Below, piece after piece: positions 50,985-60,178 of a stretch of 64,000 bases of DNA; position 1 is the first letter of the stretch, and each line of letters begins with the position of its first letter. The notes under the pieces were generated by a model. That model had not been told where the DNA came from, did not search any database, and was given only the letters and a program-made list of their open reading frames with translations. Source of the stretch: a bacterium (GTDB lineage Bacteria; Patescibacteriota; Saccharimonadia; CAILAD01; JADZBC01); the NCBI GenBank assembly GCA_020852295.1, contig JADZBC010000009.1, positions 104,628 to 168,627 on the forward strand, written 5' to 3'. Made by a program: the position numbers and the translations under genes.

Positions 50985-51161
50985 TTGACTATACTCTCCA
51001 AAAAGCGTTTAATGATAGCAGTAAAGTAACTAATTCAAACTCAGTAGTTTTTGCATAAAGTTCAGATCCGATACTCGTTTAGTTTTATTCAACACATCCA
51101 AATCATCCGATACTCAACCCGTAGTGAACTCGCAGAAGCTGCCTGATAGAAAAGGTGGAAG

Positions 51162-52679
51162 ATGGATATCGTTTTTATTATCGTCGCACTGGCTGGTGGG
51201 GCAGGTGCCGGCTATGGCACGAAGCACGTTTTGTCTAAGAAGAAATCGCAAAACGCTGAGGCCAAGGCAAGTAAGCTCGTCGAAGAGGCCAAGGCAAAAG
51301 CCAAAGAAGTTGAGCTAGCTGCGAAAGAGGCCGCCATCAAAATGGCGGATGAAGCTAAGAAAGAAGATAAGGAGCGCCGGGAGCGCTTAGAGGCTCAGGA
51401 AAAACGATTAGCAGAACGCGAAAAAATGCTCGACAACAAACTCGACTCGCTTGAGCGCAAGACCGAATCGCTTCATGAGAACGAGAAAGAGATCGACGCT
51501 ATAAAAGAAGAGCTCAAAAGTATTCGAGTTCGTCAGCAAGAGAACTTGGAAAAGATTGCCAAACTCAAAAAAGAAGAAGCTCAAGAAAAATTGATGCAGA
51601 TGACCGAAAAAGACATCAAGGCAGATCTCGTCAGTCTCATCGCCAAGCGCAAAGACGAAGCCAAAGAGAAGGCTGACGAGTACGCACGAGAACTGCTCGC
51701 TGATGCGATGGCTCGTATGGCTACTGAAGCTTCCGGTGAGCGCACCATCACGACGGTGAAGATTCCTGACGACGAGATGAAGGGTCGGATCATCGGTAAA
51801 GAGGGTCGCAATATTCAGACAATTGAGCGAATGACTGGTGTCGATGTTTTGATCGACGAAACACCGGGCGTTATCACACTGAGTAGCTTTGATCCGATTC
51901 GCCGGCAGGTTGCTCGCGTTGCGATCGAGACGCTGGTAAAAGATGGGCGGGTGCATCCAGCGCGTATTGAGGAAGTTGTGAAGAAGGCCGAAAAAGAAAT
52001 CGATGCCGAGATCAAAAAAGCCGGAGAAGACGCCGCTCGTGAGGCTAAAGTATTAGGCTTACCAGCTGAGATTAACAAGACAATGGGTATGCTGAAGTTT
52101 CGTACGAGCTACTCGCAAAATGTCTTGCACCACAGTATTGAGATGGCGCATCTTGGCGCTATGCTGGCCGCTGAGATTGGTGCCAATGTACAGGTGACCC
52201 GTGCTGCTTCCTATCTCCATGATCTTGGTAAGGCTGTTAGTCATGAAGTCGATGGTAATCATCATCACATTACTGGCGAGATGCTCCGTAAGTATGGTAT
52301 TGATGAAGCCATTGCCCATGCTGCCGAAGCGCACCATGACGACATTGAAGCCACGACACCAGAAGCTATGATCGTGCGAGCAGTCGACGGTCTGAGTGGC
52401 GGACGACCTGGGGCACGTGGTGATACACTCGAGCGATTTGCTGATCGTATGAAAGACCTTGAGAATCTCGTGAACTCATTCGATGGCATCGAGAAGACTT
52501 TCGCAATGAGCGCTGGTCGCGAGATTCGCGTCTTTGTTAGGCCACAGCACGTCGATGATCTTTCGGCTATCAAGATGGCTCGCGATATTGCAAATAAGAT
52601 AGAAGCCACACTCAAATATCCTGGTACTATCAAAGTGAATGTTATCCGCGAGACCCGCGCAGAGGAATACGCAAAGTAG
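51162..52679 (+). CDS. rny: ribonuclease Y
   Basis: N-terminal TM. Long coiled coil. KH domain (GRIIGKEGRNIQ). HD domain (LHDLGKA...H). Confidence 0.9.
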   Translation: MDIVFIIVALAGGAGAGYGTKHVLSKKKSQNAEAKASKLVEEAKAKAKEVELAAKEAAIKMADEAKKEDKERRERLEAQEKRLAEREKMLDNKLDSLERKTESLHENEKEIDAIKEELKSIRVRQQENLEKIAKLKKEEAQEKLMQMTEKDIKADLVSLIAKRKDEAKEKADEYARELLADAMARMATEASGERTITTVKIPDDEMKGRIIGKEGRNIQTIERMTGVDVLIDETPGVITLSSFDPIRRQVARVAIETLVKDGRVHPARIEEVVKKAEKEIDAEIKKAGEDAAREAKVLGLPAEINKTMGMLKFRTSYSQNVLHHSIEMAHLGAMLAAEIGANVQVTRAASYLHDLGKAVSHEVDGNHHHITGEMLRKYGIDEAIAHAAEAHHDDIEATTPEAMIVRAVDGLSGGRPGARGDTLERFADRMKDLENLVNSFDGIEKTFAMSAGREIRVFVRPQHVDDLSAIKMARDIANKIEATLKYPGTIKVNVIRETRAEEYAK

Positions 52680-52685
52680 CACTCG

Positions 52686-52967
52686 ATGAAAAAGATCGAC
52701 AGTGTTTATCGCGTGGCTCAACAATATGGCTTAACCAAGCGCACCGCCCTGGGTGTTGTCAACGATGTTCTTAGCCAGATTGAGGATGAGGTCGCAAAGG
52801 GTGAGAAAGTGGTAATTAGCGGCTTTGGTGTATTTAGTCGAACTATGCGGAAGAAGCGCACCGGCATCAATCCAAATACAAAGGAGAAGCTTACGATTCC
52901 CGCTATGCCGACAGTGAAGTTTTCGGCTGGTACGAAATTTACCAAAAAAGTCCGACAAAAGAAATAG
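52686..52967 (+). CDS. hup: HU/IHF-family DNA-binding protein
   Basis: GFGVFSRTMRKKRTGINPNTKEKLTIPAMPTVKF is the HU arm signature. Confidence 0.85.
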   Translation: MKKIDSVYRVAQQYGLTKRTALGVVNDVLSQIEDEVAKGEKVVISGFGVFSRTMRKKRTGINPNTKEKLTIPAMPTVKFSAGTKFTKKVRQKK

Positions 52968-53012
52968 CATAACTGTATTTCACTATAAACTTGGGCGAGA
53001 TATAATAGCAGC

Positions 53013-54287
53013 ATGGAAGAGCTTAATAGCTGGCAGAAGAAAGCAAGACGATTTCTTAGACGACTTGGTCCTGGTCTCGTAACCGGTGCAGCCGACGACG
53101 ATCCGTCGGGTATAGGTACTTATTCGCAGACCGGTGCGCAATATGGTTTTAAGCTCAACTGGAGCATGCTCTTTATGCTGCCCCTTATGGTATCTGTCCA
53201 GGAGATGGCTGGACGAGTTGGGCTTGTCACCGGCAAGGGCTTGGCTCGAATCATCAAAGACCACTACAACATCTGGATTCTTTATCTGATGGTGTTCTTT
53301 TTGGTCTTCGCAAACGTGGTCAATATCGGTGCTGATATTGGGGCAATGGCGGCTTCAGCTCAGCTTCTCATACCCTTGCCGTTTGTTTTTTGGACACTAT
53401 TCTTCACGATAGGCATTGTGATCCTAGAGATAGTTATTCCGTATAAGCAGTATGCCAAGATACTCAAGTGGCTGACACTATCACTGTTTGCATACATCAT
53501 CACCGCTGCAATTGTGCAGATGCCGTGGGGCGAAGTGTTGCATAATATGGTGGTGCCACACATTCAGCTGACTCCCGAGTATATTGTTCTGTTTGTTGCG
53601 TTGCTTGGTACAACTATCTCGCCATATCTCTTCTTCTGGGAGCCAAGCCAGGAGGTTGAGGAGGAGATCGAGCATCGTTGGCTCAAAAAGTCTGGTGGCG
53701 AACCTCAGGTAACTGCTCATCGTCTGGCACGCTTCCGACAAGACAACGCGATTGGTATGGTTTTTTCGCAAATCGTTGCTTTTTTCATCATGATTGTCGC
53801 TGCAGCCACTCTCAATAAAAATGGTATTGTCGATATCGCTTCGGCCGATCAAGCGGCCAAAGCACTTGAGCCGTTGGCGGGTGAGTTTGCGAAGGTGATT
53901 TTTGCGGTTGGAGTAATTGGAACAGGGCTACTTGCCATTCCGGTTTTAGCTGGGTCGGCCGCCTATGCATTGAGTGAGGCGCTTGATATCAAGGAGGGTC
54001 TTTATCAGAAAGTACACCGAGCGAGAGGTTTTTACGCCATCATCGCTGGCGCAACGATATCTGGACTTCTCATCAACTTCGTCGGAATTGACCCAATCAA
54101 GGCACTGGTCTATGCGGCGGTCATCAATGGTGTTCTGGCAGTTCCGCTGATCTTTATGATTATTCGTATTAGCAACAACCCCGATGTAATGGGCGACTAC
54201 AAGAGCGGTCGACTGGTGAACTTCTTTGGGGTAATCGCTCTTATTACAATGGCACTCGCCAGTCTGGCGATGATTTTTATTCGCTAG
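53013..54287 (+). CDS. mntH: NRAMP-family divalent metal (Mn2+/Fe2+) transporter
   Basis: GPGLVTGAADDDPSGIGTYSQTGAQYGF motif and 11 TM segments. Confidence 0.85.
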   Translation: MEELNSWQKKARRFLRRLGPGLVTGAADDDPSGIGTYSQTGAQYGFKLNWSMLFMLPLMVSVQEMAGRVGLVTGKGLARIIKDHYNIWILYLMVFFLVFANVVNIGADIGAMAASAQLLIPLPFVFWTLFFTIGIVILEIVIPYKQYAKILKWLTLSLFAYIITAAIVQMPWGEVLHNMVVPHIQLTPEYIVLFVALLGTTISPYLFFWEPSQEVEEEIEHRWLKKSGGEPQVTAHRLARFRQDNAIGMVFSQIVAFFIMIVAAATLNKNGIVDIASADQAAKALEPLAGEFAKVIFAVGVIGTGLLAIPVLAGSAAYALSEALDIKEGLYQKVHRARGFYAIIAGATISGLLINFVGIDPIKALVYAAVINGVLAVPLIFMIIRISNNPDVMGDYKSGRLVNFFGVIALITMALASLAMIFIR

Positions 54288-54747
54288 TGATAGCTAGAAT
54301 AGTAAGCTGACGCTCCCGGTCCGCAATATTTGCCGTAACGGTGTCGCCGGTCTTTTTGTCCAGTAATGCGTCTGCAATCGGCGAGACGTAGGAGACGACC
54401 ATAGGGTCTGTATTATAGCTCCGGTAGCTACCGATCGTGATCGTAATCGGCGATCCGCCATCTATCTCGTAAGTAACACGCGAGCCAATCTGCACCTTGT
54501 TTGATTTCTGCTTGGGGGTAACTATCTTCGCGTGTCTGAGGATCTGCTCTTTGTCTCGCAGGTGGGTCATATACAGATCGTGACGGCGCATCAGCTCTTC
54601 ATGCTCGATGTTGTCATGCCATGTTTCAGATCCTTGTGAAGTGCTGGCGCCAACCTGGGCCTTGATGTCGCGGATCTGGCCTTTGAGCTTAGTAATCTCC
54701 GCGAGCGATGCGTCATAGTCTGACTGTAGAAAAAAATATATGATCAT
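54277..54747 (-). CDS. greA: transcription elongation factor GreA-like
   Basis: N-terminal coiled coil and C-terminal FKBP-like domain. Start trimmed so it does not read through tRNA-His. Confidence 0.65.
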   Translation of the reverse strand: MIIYFFLQSDYDASLAEITKLKGQIRDIKAQVGASTSQGSETWHDNIEHEELMRRHDLYMTHLRDKEQILRHAKIVTPKQKSNKVQIGSRVTYEIDGGSPITITIGSYRSYNTDPMVVSYVSPIADALLDKKTGDTVTANIADRERQLTILAITSE

Positions 54748-54750
54748 CAA

Positions 54751-54828
54751 ATAGTAAATGGGGCGAATGATGGGGCTCGAACCCACGGCCTACGGGACCA
54801 CAACCCGTCGCTCTAACCAACTGAGCTA
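54751..54828 (-). tRNA. tRNA-His (GTG) with encoded G-1
   Basis: Anticodon loop uuGUGgu. Extra 5' G. CCA encoded. Confidence 0.9.
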
Positions 54829-54887
54829 CATCCGCCATGTCGTCACAGGAAAAAATTATATCATCAAAGTACCAATCTGAACAGATA

Positions 54888-54964
54888 TGGTGCCCCCGGT
54901 AGGATTCGAACCTACGACCTTGAGCTTAGAAGTCTCCTGCTCTATCCAACTGAGCTACAGGGGC
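54888..54964 (-). tRNA. tRNA-Arg (TCT)
   Basis: Good acceptor, D and T arms. Anticodon loop cuUCUaa. The anticodon stem has two terminal mismatches in my fold. Confidence 0.7.
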
Positions 54965-54970
54965 ACGATG

Positions 54971-55495
54971 CTAATTACTATATAGAATTTTGCGTAAAAA
55001 CTCGAGCAGAGCGCTATTGTAGTGACTAAAGCGTATTACATCTGTAGCGCGGCTACGGCGGTACTCACACGTTGAGTAGCTACCACTATATCTCCCGGTA
55101 TGTATTGCGTAGTCTGTATCAATACCATCGACTTCACTTTTGCAATTCTGTAGTTTTTCATTGGTGTCGGCCGGTTGGACTGTTAGCTCTTTGAGCTTTG
55201 AGAGGTCGGTGGCATCAAGCTGGCTAGCTTTGGTGGTTTTTTGGTTGATGAGCAAATAGTCACCGTTGGTGTAGATGGTGAGTTGAGAGCATTTTTTCTC
55301 GGCGCCATCAGCGCAGCCACCGACGTCTTTTGTGGTGATCAACTTGTCTTGTGAAGTGATCTTGGTTGCAGCCTTGTTGACCACGTTGAAGATGAGGCTA
55401 TAAACGGCAAACGCTCCAGCAGCCAGTGAGGCAATCGCCAAGATTACAAATATGATTGCGGTATTGCGATGGTGGTGTGGAGACGAATTTGTCAT
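54971..55495 (-). CDS. hypothetical membrane-anchored protein
   Basis: His-rich N-terminus, one TM, Cys-containing extracellular domain. Lies between tRNA genes. Confidence 0.4.
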   Translation of the reverse strand: MTNSSPHHHRNTAIIFVILAIASLAAGAFAVYSLIFNVVNKAATKITSQDKLITTKDVGGCADGAEKKCSQLTIYTNGDYLLINQKTTKASQLDATDLSKLKELTVQPADTNEKLQNCKSEVDGIDTDYAIHTGRYSGSYSTCEYRRSRATDVIRFSHYNSALLEFLRKILYSN

Positions 55496-55500
55496 ATTTC

Positions 55501-55575
55501 TTGGAGCGGGTAGCGGGAATCAAACCCGCATCGCCTGCTTGGAAGGCAGGAATAATAATCTTTATACCATACCCG
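55501..55575 (-). tRNA. tRNA-Gly (TCC)
   Basis: 75 nt. Anticodon loop cuUCCaa at standard positions. GC-rich T-arm. A/U-rich D-arm without G18G19. Confidence 0.8.
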
Positions 55576-55678
55576 CATGGTTTTGTAGGTACTATTATAA
55601 ACCATTGAAAATACTACCATATTATTATATAATCAGCAAATCGCTATACACTCGACAACCCCCGGAAGGGAGCACGCG

Positions 55679-56341
55679 ATGGCGAAGAACCGTGACAAGA
55701 AGAAGGGCAGCAAGAAGCCCCAGATGAAGGCCGCCACGCCGGTCAAGTCGGGCAAGAAGAAGCCAGGGAAGGGCAAGCACGCCCACAAGAAGGTTGCTGC
55801 GATCATCGACTCGCACGACCAGAGCAAGATGGTGGTGGCTCGAGATGAGCTCAACGTTGCGATCGCGGCGTTGTCGCTCAGCAAGCCGCTGGCGGTGCTG
55901 GGTCTGAAGCCGCGCATCATGGCCATCTTCTCGAAGCTGGGTGTGGAGACGATCGGTCAGCTACTCGCCTTCCCGGACGAGACCTGGCGCCATCGCGGCA
56001 TCGGCTACGTGTCGCTGCGCGAGATCGATCGGGCATTGCGCCCGTTGGGCCTCGAGCTTGATCATCAGCCGGCGTCCGGCTACCACCTCACCACATCGAG
56101 ACTTACGCTCGAAGACCTCAGTGTCGTCGTTCCGCGAGTGGTTCGGGGTGGTGACAGTTCCGTGATCTGCTGCATCGAGCTGCAGAAGCGGTTCGGCGTG
56201 GTGACGGTCGCCGATCTGCTGGCGCTCGATGATCAGACCATCAGAGCCAGCCTGCCAGACAACGAGGAGTTGCCCATCTTCATGGAGGCAGTCGGTGAGC
56301 TGAGGGAGGCTCAGCGCCGCCTCGAAGCGTCGGCGGACTGA
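55679..56341 (+). CDS. high-GC foreign gene: Lys-rich N-terminal tail + two RpoA-alphaCTD-like helix-hairpin-helix modules
   Basis: GC about 65% by eye. LGLKPRIMAIFSKLGVETIGQLL and IELQKRFGVVTVADLL resemble alpha-CTD HhH motifs. Confidence 0.45.
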   Translation: MAKNRDKKKGSKKPQMKAATPVKSGKKKPGKGKHAHKKVAAIIDSHDQSKMVVARDELNVAIAALSLSKPLAVLGLKPRIMAIFSKLGVETIGQLLAFPDETWRHRGIGYVSLREIDRALRPLGLELDHQPASGYHLTTSRLTLEDLSVVVPRVVRGGDSSVICCIELQKRFGVVTVADLLALDDQTIRASLPDNEELPIFMEAVGELREAQRRLEASAD

Positions 56342-56362
56342 CCAGCTCACAGTCACGGTCGA

Positions 56363-56400
56363 AGGCAGGGTGGGTGTTCAACGAAGAACACTCACCCTGC
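56363..56400. terminator. bidirectional terminator hairpin between convergent genes
   Basis: 15-bp stem ggcagggtgggtgtt/aacactcaccctgcc. Followed by T-run on +. Confidence 0.6.
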
Positions 56401-56406
56401 CGCAGG

Positions 56407-56901
56407 CTACTTTATTTTTCGAGACTTCTCGCTCAAGAAAGTGTCGAGCACGCAGAGCACAAAGAAGTAAACTCCCGAGGCCAAGATGGCGTGGTCGAGG
56501 TCAAATAGATACAGACTGAGCCCAGCTATTACATAGAGACTCGCTACCGAAAGGTAGTATTTTTTTTGCTCAAGCCAGCCGGTCAGAACATAGCCGCCGG
56601 CACACATGTAGAACCAGCCATGCAGCATACCAGTGAGCAGTCGGAATATTCCGGAGTATTCGAGATAGGTTAAGATACTGCCCCCAACGACAATGCTGAT
56701 CCATAGCCACTGGATCCAGCGATCCGTTTTTGTGCGCGTGCCGCCGAGTAGATATTGGACCATGATGCCGACCAGGCCGACACTGAGCCAGCTTGCGAGT
56801 AGCCAACCGGGGCTATCGAGATAATAAAAGCTGGTAAGGTAACCAGCCAAAATCAATACGCCCCATACGATCATGATCTTTTGATAGAGGCGCTTTTGCA
56901 T
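56407..56901 (-). CDS. hypothetical polytopic membrane protein
   Basis: Five TM segments. Confidence 0.4.
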   Translation of the reverse strand: MQKRLYQKIMIVWGVLILAGYLTSFYYLDSPGWLLASWLSVGLVGIMVQYLLGGTRTKTDRWIQWLWISIVVGGSILTYLEYSGIFRLLTGMLHGWFYMCAGGYVLTGWLEQKKYYLSVASLYVIAGLSLYLFDLDHAILASGVYFFVLCVLDTFLSEKSRKIK

Positions 56902-56984
56902 GCCGACATTATAGCATAAGTATTATTTTTCACCTGTTGTGATCTGTGCTAGTATTATGGCAATAATAACTGTTAGGAGACATC

Positions 56985-57362
56985 ATGAAGTTAAATATCA
57001 AATCTAACCTTGCCCGCACCGGGATGGTGGCATCTATGGCAGCCCTACCAGCGGCTCGTGCTTTAGCAGCATATGACGACTACTCAAGTTCAAATGCAGC
57101 ATCGGGCGCTGCGGCCGCAGGCTTTCTTGGTCTCTTTGGTGCGTTCTTCTTCGTGATTATTGCTGTGGCGATTGCATCTTTTGTATTTTGGCTACTGATG
57201 CTCATTGACGCAATCAATCGAACGAACTGGGAAGACGATAATCAGAAAAACACCTGGCTGATTATTTTAGTCGTTTCATTTTTCTTCGGCGCTTCACTGA
57301 TTGCAGCTGCTGTGTACTACTTCACCGTCAAAAAGAAACTCGGTACGCCTAAGAAGAAATAG
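56985..57362 (+). CDS. hypothetical membrane protein
   Basis: Ala-rich N-terminus, 2 TM, basic tail. Confidence 0.4.
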   Translation: MKLNIKSNLARTGMVASMAALPAARALAAYDDYSSSNAASGAAAAGFLGLFGAFFFVIIAVAIASFVFWLLMLIDAINRTNWEDDNQKNTWLIILVVSFFFGASLIAAAVYYFTVKKKLGTPKKK

Positions 57363-57409
57363 TCATTGCCTGATCAAATACAAAAGGCCGGGTTTGACCC
57401 GGTCTTTTG

Positions 57410-58786
57410 TTATCGCCAGCTCGGTAGCCAGAAATGCATATTGTAGTAGTCGAGGCTGACTGGGTAGCCGTAGGTGAGTGGTGAGAAAAAGAGATAAGAA
57501 GCGCAAGCGAGTCCAAGTAGGACATTGAAGTAGGTGTTGCGCTTTTGTCGCGGTAATTTGTCGATCAAATACATCAAGATAAGGATTGAAAAGACAAGTG
57601 CTGTCAGATAGTGATAGAGGAACATGACTCGTTTTATCTGTATGAATGGCAAGAGGTTGATGATGTAGGCAAAGTAAAGAATCTCAAGCTGCCCAGTAAT
57701 TTTGACGCGCTTCGTTAGGAGGCCAATAACGCCTAGCACCACTGCAGCCAGGGCCGCATACCAGATGACAGGGTTGCCGAGGAGATAGATATTCTCAACC
57801 CGCGGATCTGACTTATCCGTGCCTTCCCAGTAGTAGACACCTCGCTGCATGAGCGGCCAACTGTACCACTTGCTGCCATAGGGGTGGGAGTCGCCGCCGA
57901 TACCAGTGTTTGACTGGTACATAACACGGTTAAGCTCAATGAACTTTTCGAACTGGCTGGCGGTTTTGAGGTCTGCCACACTTCCATATTTGTTGCCCTC
58001 AAGTGTGCGTTGAAATTCCTGTGACATATAGTCGTCGCCCGGGCCAGATTTTGTGAGCAATGAGAAATGCACCATAAAGACCGAAACGTAGAGTAGGATC
58101 GGTGGAATCATATAGAGAAAGATGCGCAAGATAGTTTTGCCTTGAGGCCACCACTTGCGCTTACCCCAGTGTGCAATCAGCTCATAAACGAGCGGAATCA
58201 TTAGGAAGGTGAGTCCGGTCCATTTTATCGAGGCGGCCGCACCGCCCAGCAGTCCCGATGCGACAAAGAAGAGGATATTTTTATTGCGCCGATACAGTAG
58301 ATAGAGCAGTAGTGAGAGAAATCCAAATAGCAGCAAAAAGCTATCGAGCAAAATGAATCGGGATTGTACGATCAAGGCGTTTTCTAGAGAGACAAGTAGA
58401 CCAGTAGCGGTGGCGGCCCGGAGGCTAAAGCCAAGCTCGATTGCCAAGAAGAAGAGTACGAGGGGGAGCAGTGTGCCGGCCAAGGAGGGCAAAAACCGGA
58501 GTATCATGTAGCCGTTGTCGGCGTATTGCGCACCAATTTTTTCAAACTCGGAGGTTGGTACGTAGCCAGCAGCTTTTGCAAAACCGGTGATGAGCAGCTT
58601 GCCGAGTGGCGGATGGATATCGAAATAGTATTGATTATTGTAGTAGCTTGATACGAACTTACCGAAGTAAACCTCATCGAAAACTGCTTCTTTTGGAGTA
58701 CCAAAAAACGCAAAGTGCGTAACGAGGCTAACAATCAAAACTGCTAGAGCAGCAAATACCTTAGGTCGTTTCTTTACGAATTCCAT
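57410..58786 (-). CDS. GT39/PMT-family protein O-mannosyltransferase-like glycosyltransferase
   Basis: N-terminal DE-containing loop (AVFDEVYFGKF) and HPPLGK motif. Multiple TM segments. Confidence 0.7.
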   Translation of the reverse strand: MEFVKKRPKVFAALAVLIVSLVTHFAFFGTPKEAVFDEVYFGKFVSSYYNNQYYFDIHPPLGKLLITGFAKAAGYVPTSEFEKIGAQYADNGYMILRFLPSLAGTLLPLVLFFLAIELGFSLRAATATGLLVSLENALIVQSRFILLDSFLLLFGFLSLLLYLLYRRNKNILFFVASGLLGGAAASIKWTGLTFLMIPLVYELIAHWGKRKWWPQGKTILRIFLYMIPPILLYVSVFMVHFSLLTKSGPGDDYMSQEFQRTLEGNKYGSVADLKTASQFEKFIELNRVMYQSNTGIGGDSHPYGSKWYSWPLMQRGVYYWEGTDKSDPRVENIYLLGNPVIWYAALAAVVLGVIGLLTKRVKITGQLEILYFAYIINLLPFIQIKRVMFLYHYLTALVFSILILMYLIDKLPRQKRNTYFNVLLGLACASYLFFSPLTYGYPVSLDYYNMHFWLPSWR

Positions 58787-58809
58787 TATTGCTCATCATA
58801 CCATAGCTT

Positions 58810-60178
58810 GTGGTATGGGTGCTGCAGGGGATACAATTGTACATAAGTACTATGAACGTATCTCCGTACATCCAGAAAAAACTCGGCTGGCCAATGATTA
58901 TTGGTGCTGCCTTTGTGGTGCCCACAATACTGTGGCTAACCATACACCCGGTCGGTGACGTGGTGAGTTCATGGACGAGCTTAGCCTATGGGCTCGGCAG
59001 GTTATTTGGCATATGGGGTGTTTGTCTGTATGCCATCAATCTAGTAATGTCTGCTCGTTGGCGTTGGCTTGAGCCATGGTTTGGAGGGCTCAATCGTGTC
59101 TACATTGCCCATCACACGACCGGTGGCATAGCGCTGGTCTTGCTGCTCTTTCATCCTGTTTTTCTGGCATTACAAAAACTAGCTATCTCCGCCTTCACTG
59201 CGGCCCGCTTCTTGTTGCCTGGCTATAGTTTTGCGACTGATCTTGGTTTAATCGCATTGTTTGGGATGGTCTTCTTGCTCTTTCTTACTTTTTACACCAA
59301 GCTCCCATATGAGATTTGGAAATTCAGCCACAAATTCCTAGGAGTTTTCTTTGGTGTGAGCGGGCTTCACATCCTACTGATTGAATCAGGTGACATGGAG
59401 AGCTCAATCTTACTCAAAGCCTACGTACTTGCCATTATGGCAGCAGGGGCATTTGCCTATACTTATCGAACATTGCTACCAAAAATATTTTGTTCGAACC
59501 TACGAGTATGAGGTGGAGGGGGTCCGCCAGCCATGGAAAGAGGTGATTGAGATGACACTCAAGCCCAAGAATCAGCTCATGAACTTCCAGCCTGGTCAGT
59601 TCGTGTTTGTGTCGTTTACTGATTCGCAATTGGTAGCGCGGGAATCACATCCATTTTCGATTGTGTCTGCTCCAAAGGATGGGCGGCTCATTTTGACAGC
59701 CAAGACGCTCGGCGACTACACGGCCAGCCTGATCAAACTTAAGTCGGGTACAACTGCCAAGATCGAGGGTGCTTTTGGTAAGTTCTCCTACATCAATTTT
59801 AAAAACAATGACCAGATATAGATCGCGGGTGGTATCGGAATCACGCCATTTGTCTCAATGGCGCGCTCACTCGAGATGACGCCAGACTGCAAGGTCGATA
59901 TGTTTTATAGCTGCAAAACAGAGCCAGAGCTGATCTACCTCGATGTCATACGTCAAACTGTCGAAACACACAACAAAAACTTCCGGATTTTCCCCTGGAC
60001 AGCCGATAAGATGGGCATGATTACCGCTGACAAGATCAAGCAAAAAGTTGGCGATGTTAAGGGTAAAGACATCTTTTTGTGTGGACCACCACCAATGATG
60101 AAGGCACTCCGTGAGCAGTTTATCAAGCTGGGTGTGCCAAATGACCATATTCATAGTGAGGAGTTTTCAACCAAATGA
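58810..60178 (+). pseudogene. ferric-reductase-like flavocytochrome (TM heme domain + FAD-binding + NAD-binding) disrupted by a frameshift near 59490 and an in-frame TAG at 59819
   Basis: Three consecutive ORFs encode the TM His domain, the FAD domain (HPFSIVSAP) and the NAD domain (IAGGIGITP). Frame 1 to frame 2 switch at an AAAAATATTTT run. TAG directly before GGIGITP. Confidence 0.6.

Noticed and set aside
59819-59821. In-frame TAG inside the oxidoreductase as possible stop-codon recoding
   Set aside because: Other genes in the window terminate normally with TAG/TGA/TAA, e.g. TGA in ATGA overlaps. A frameshift occurs in the same gene, so a pseudogene is the simpler explanation.
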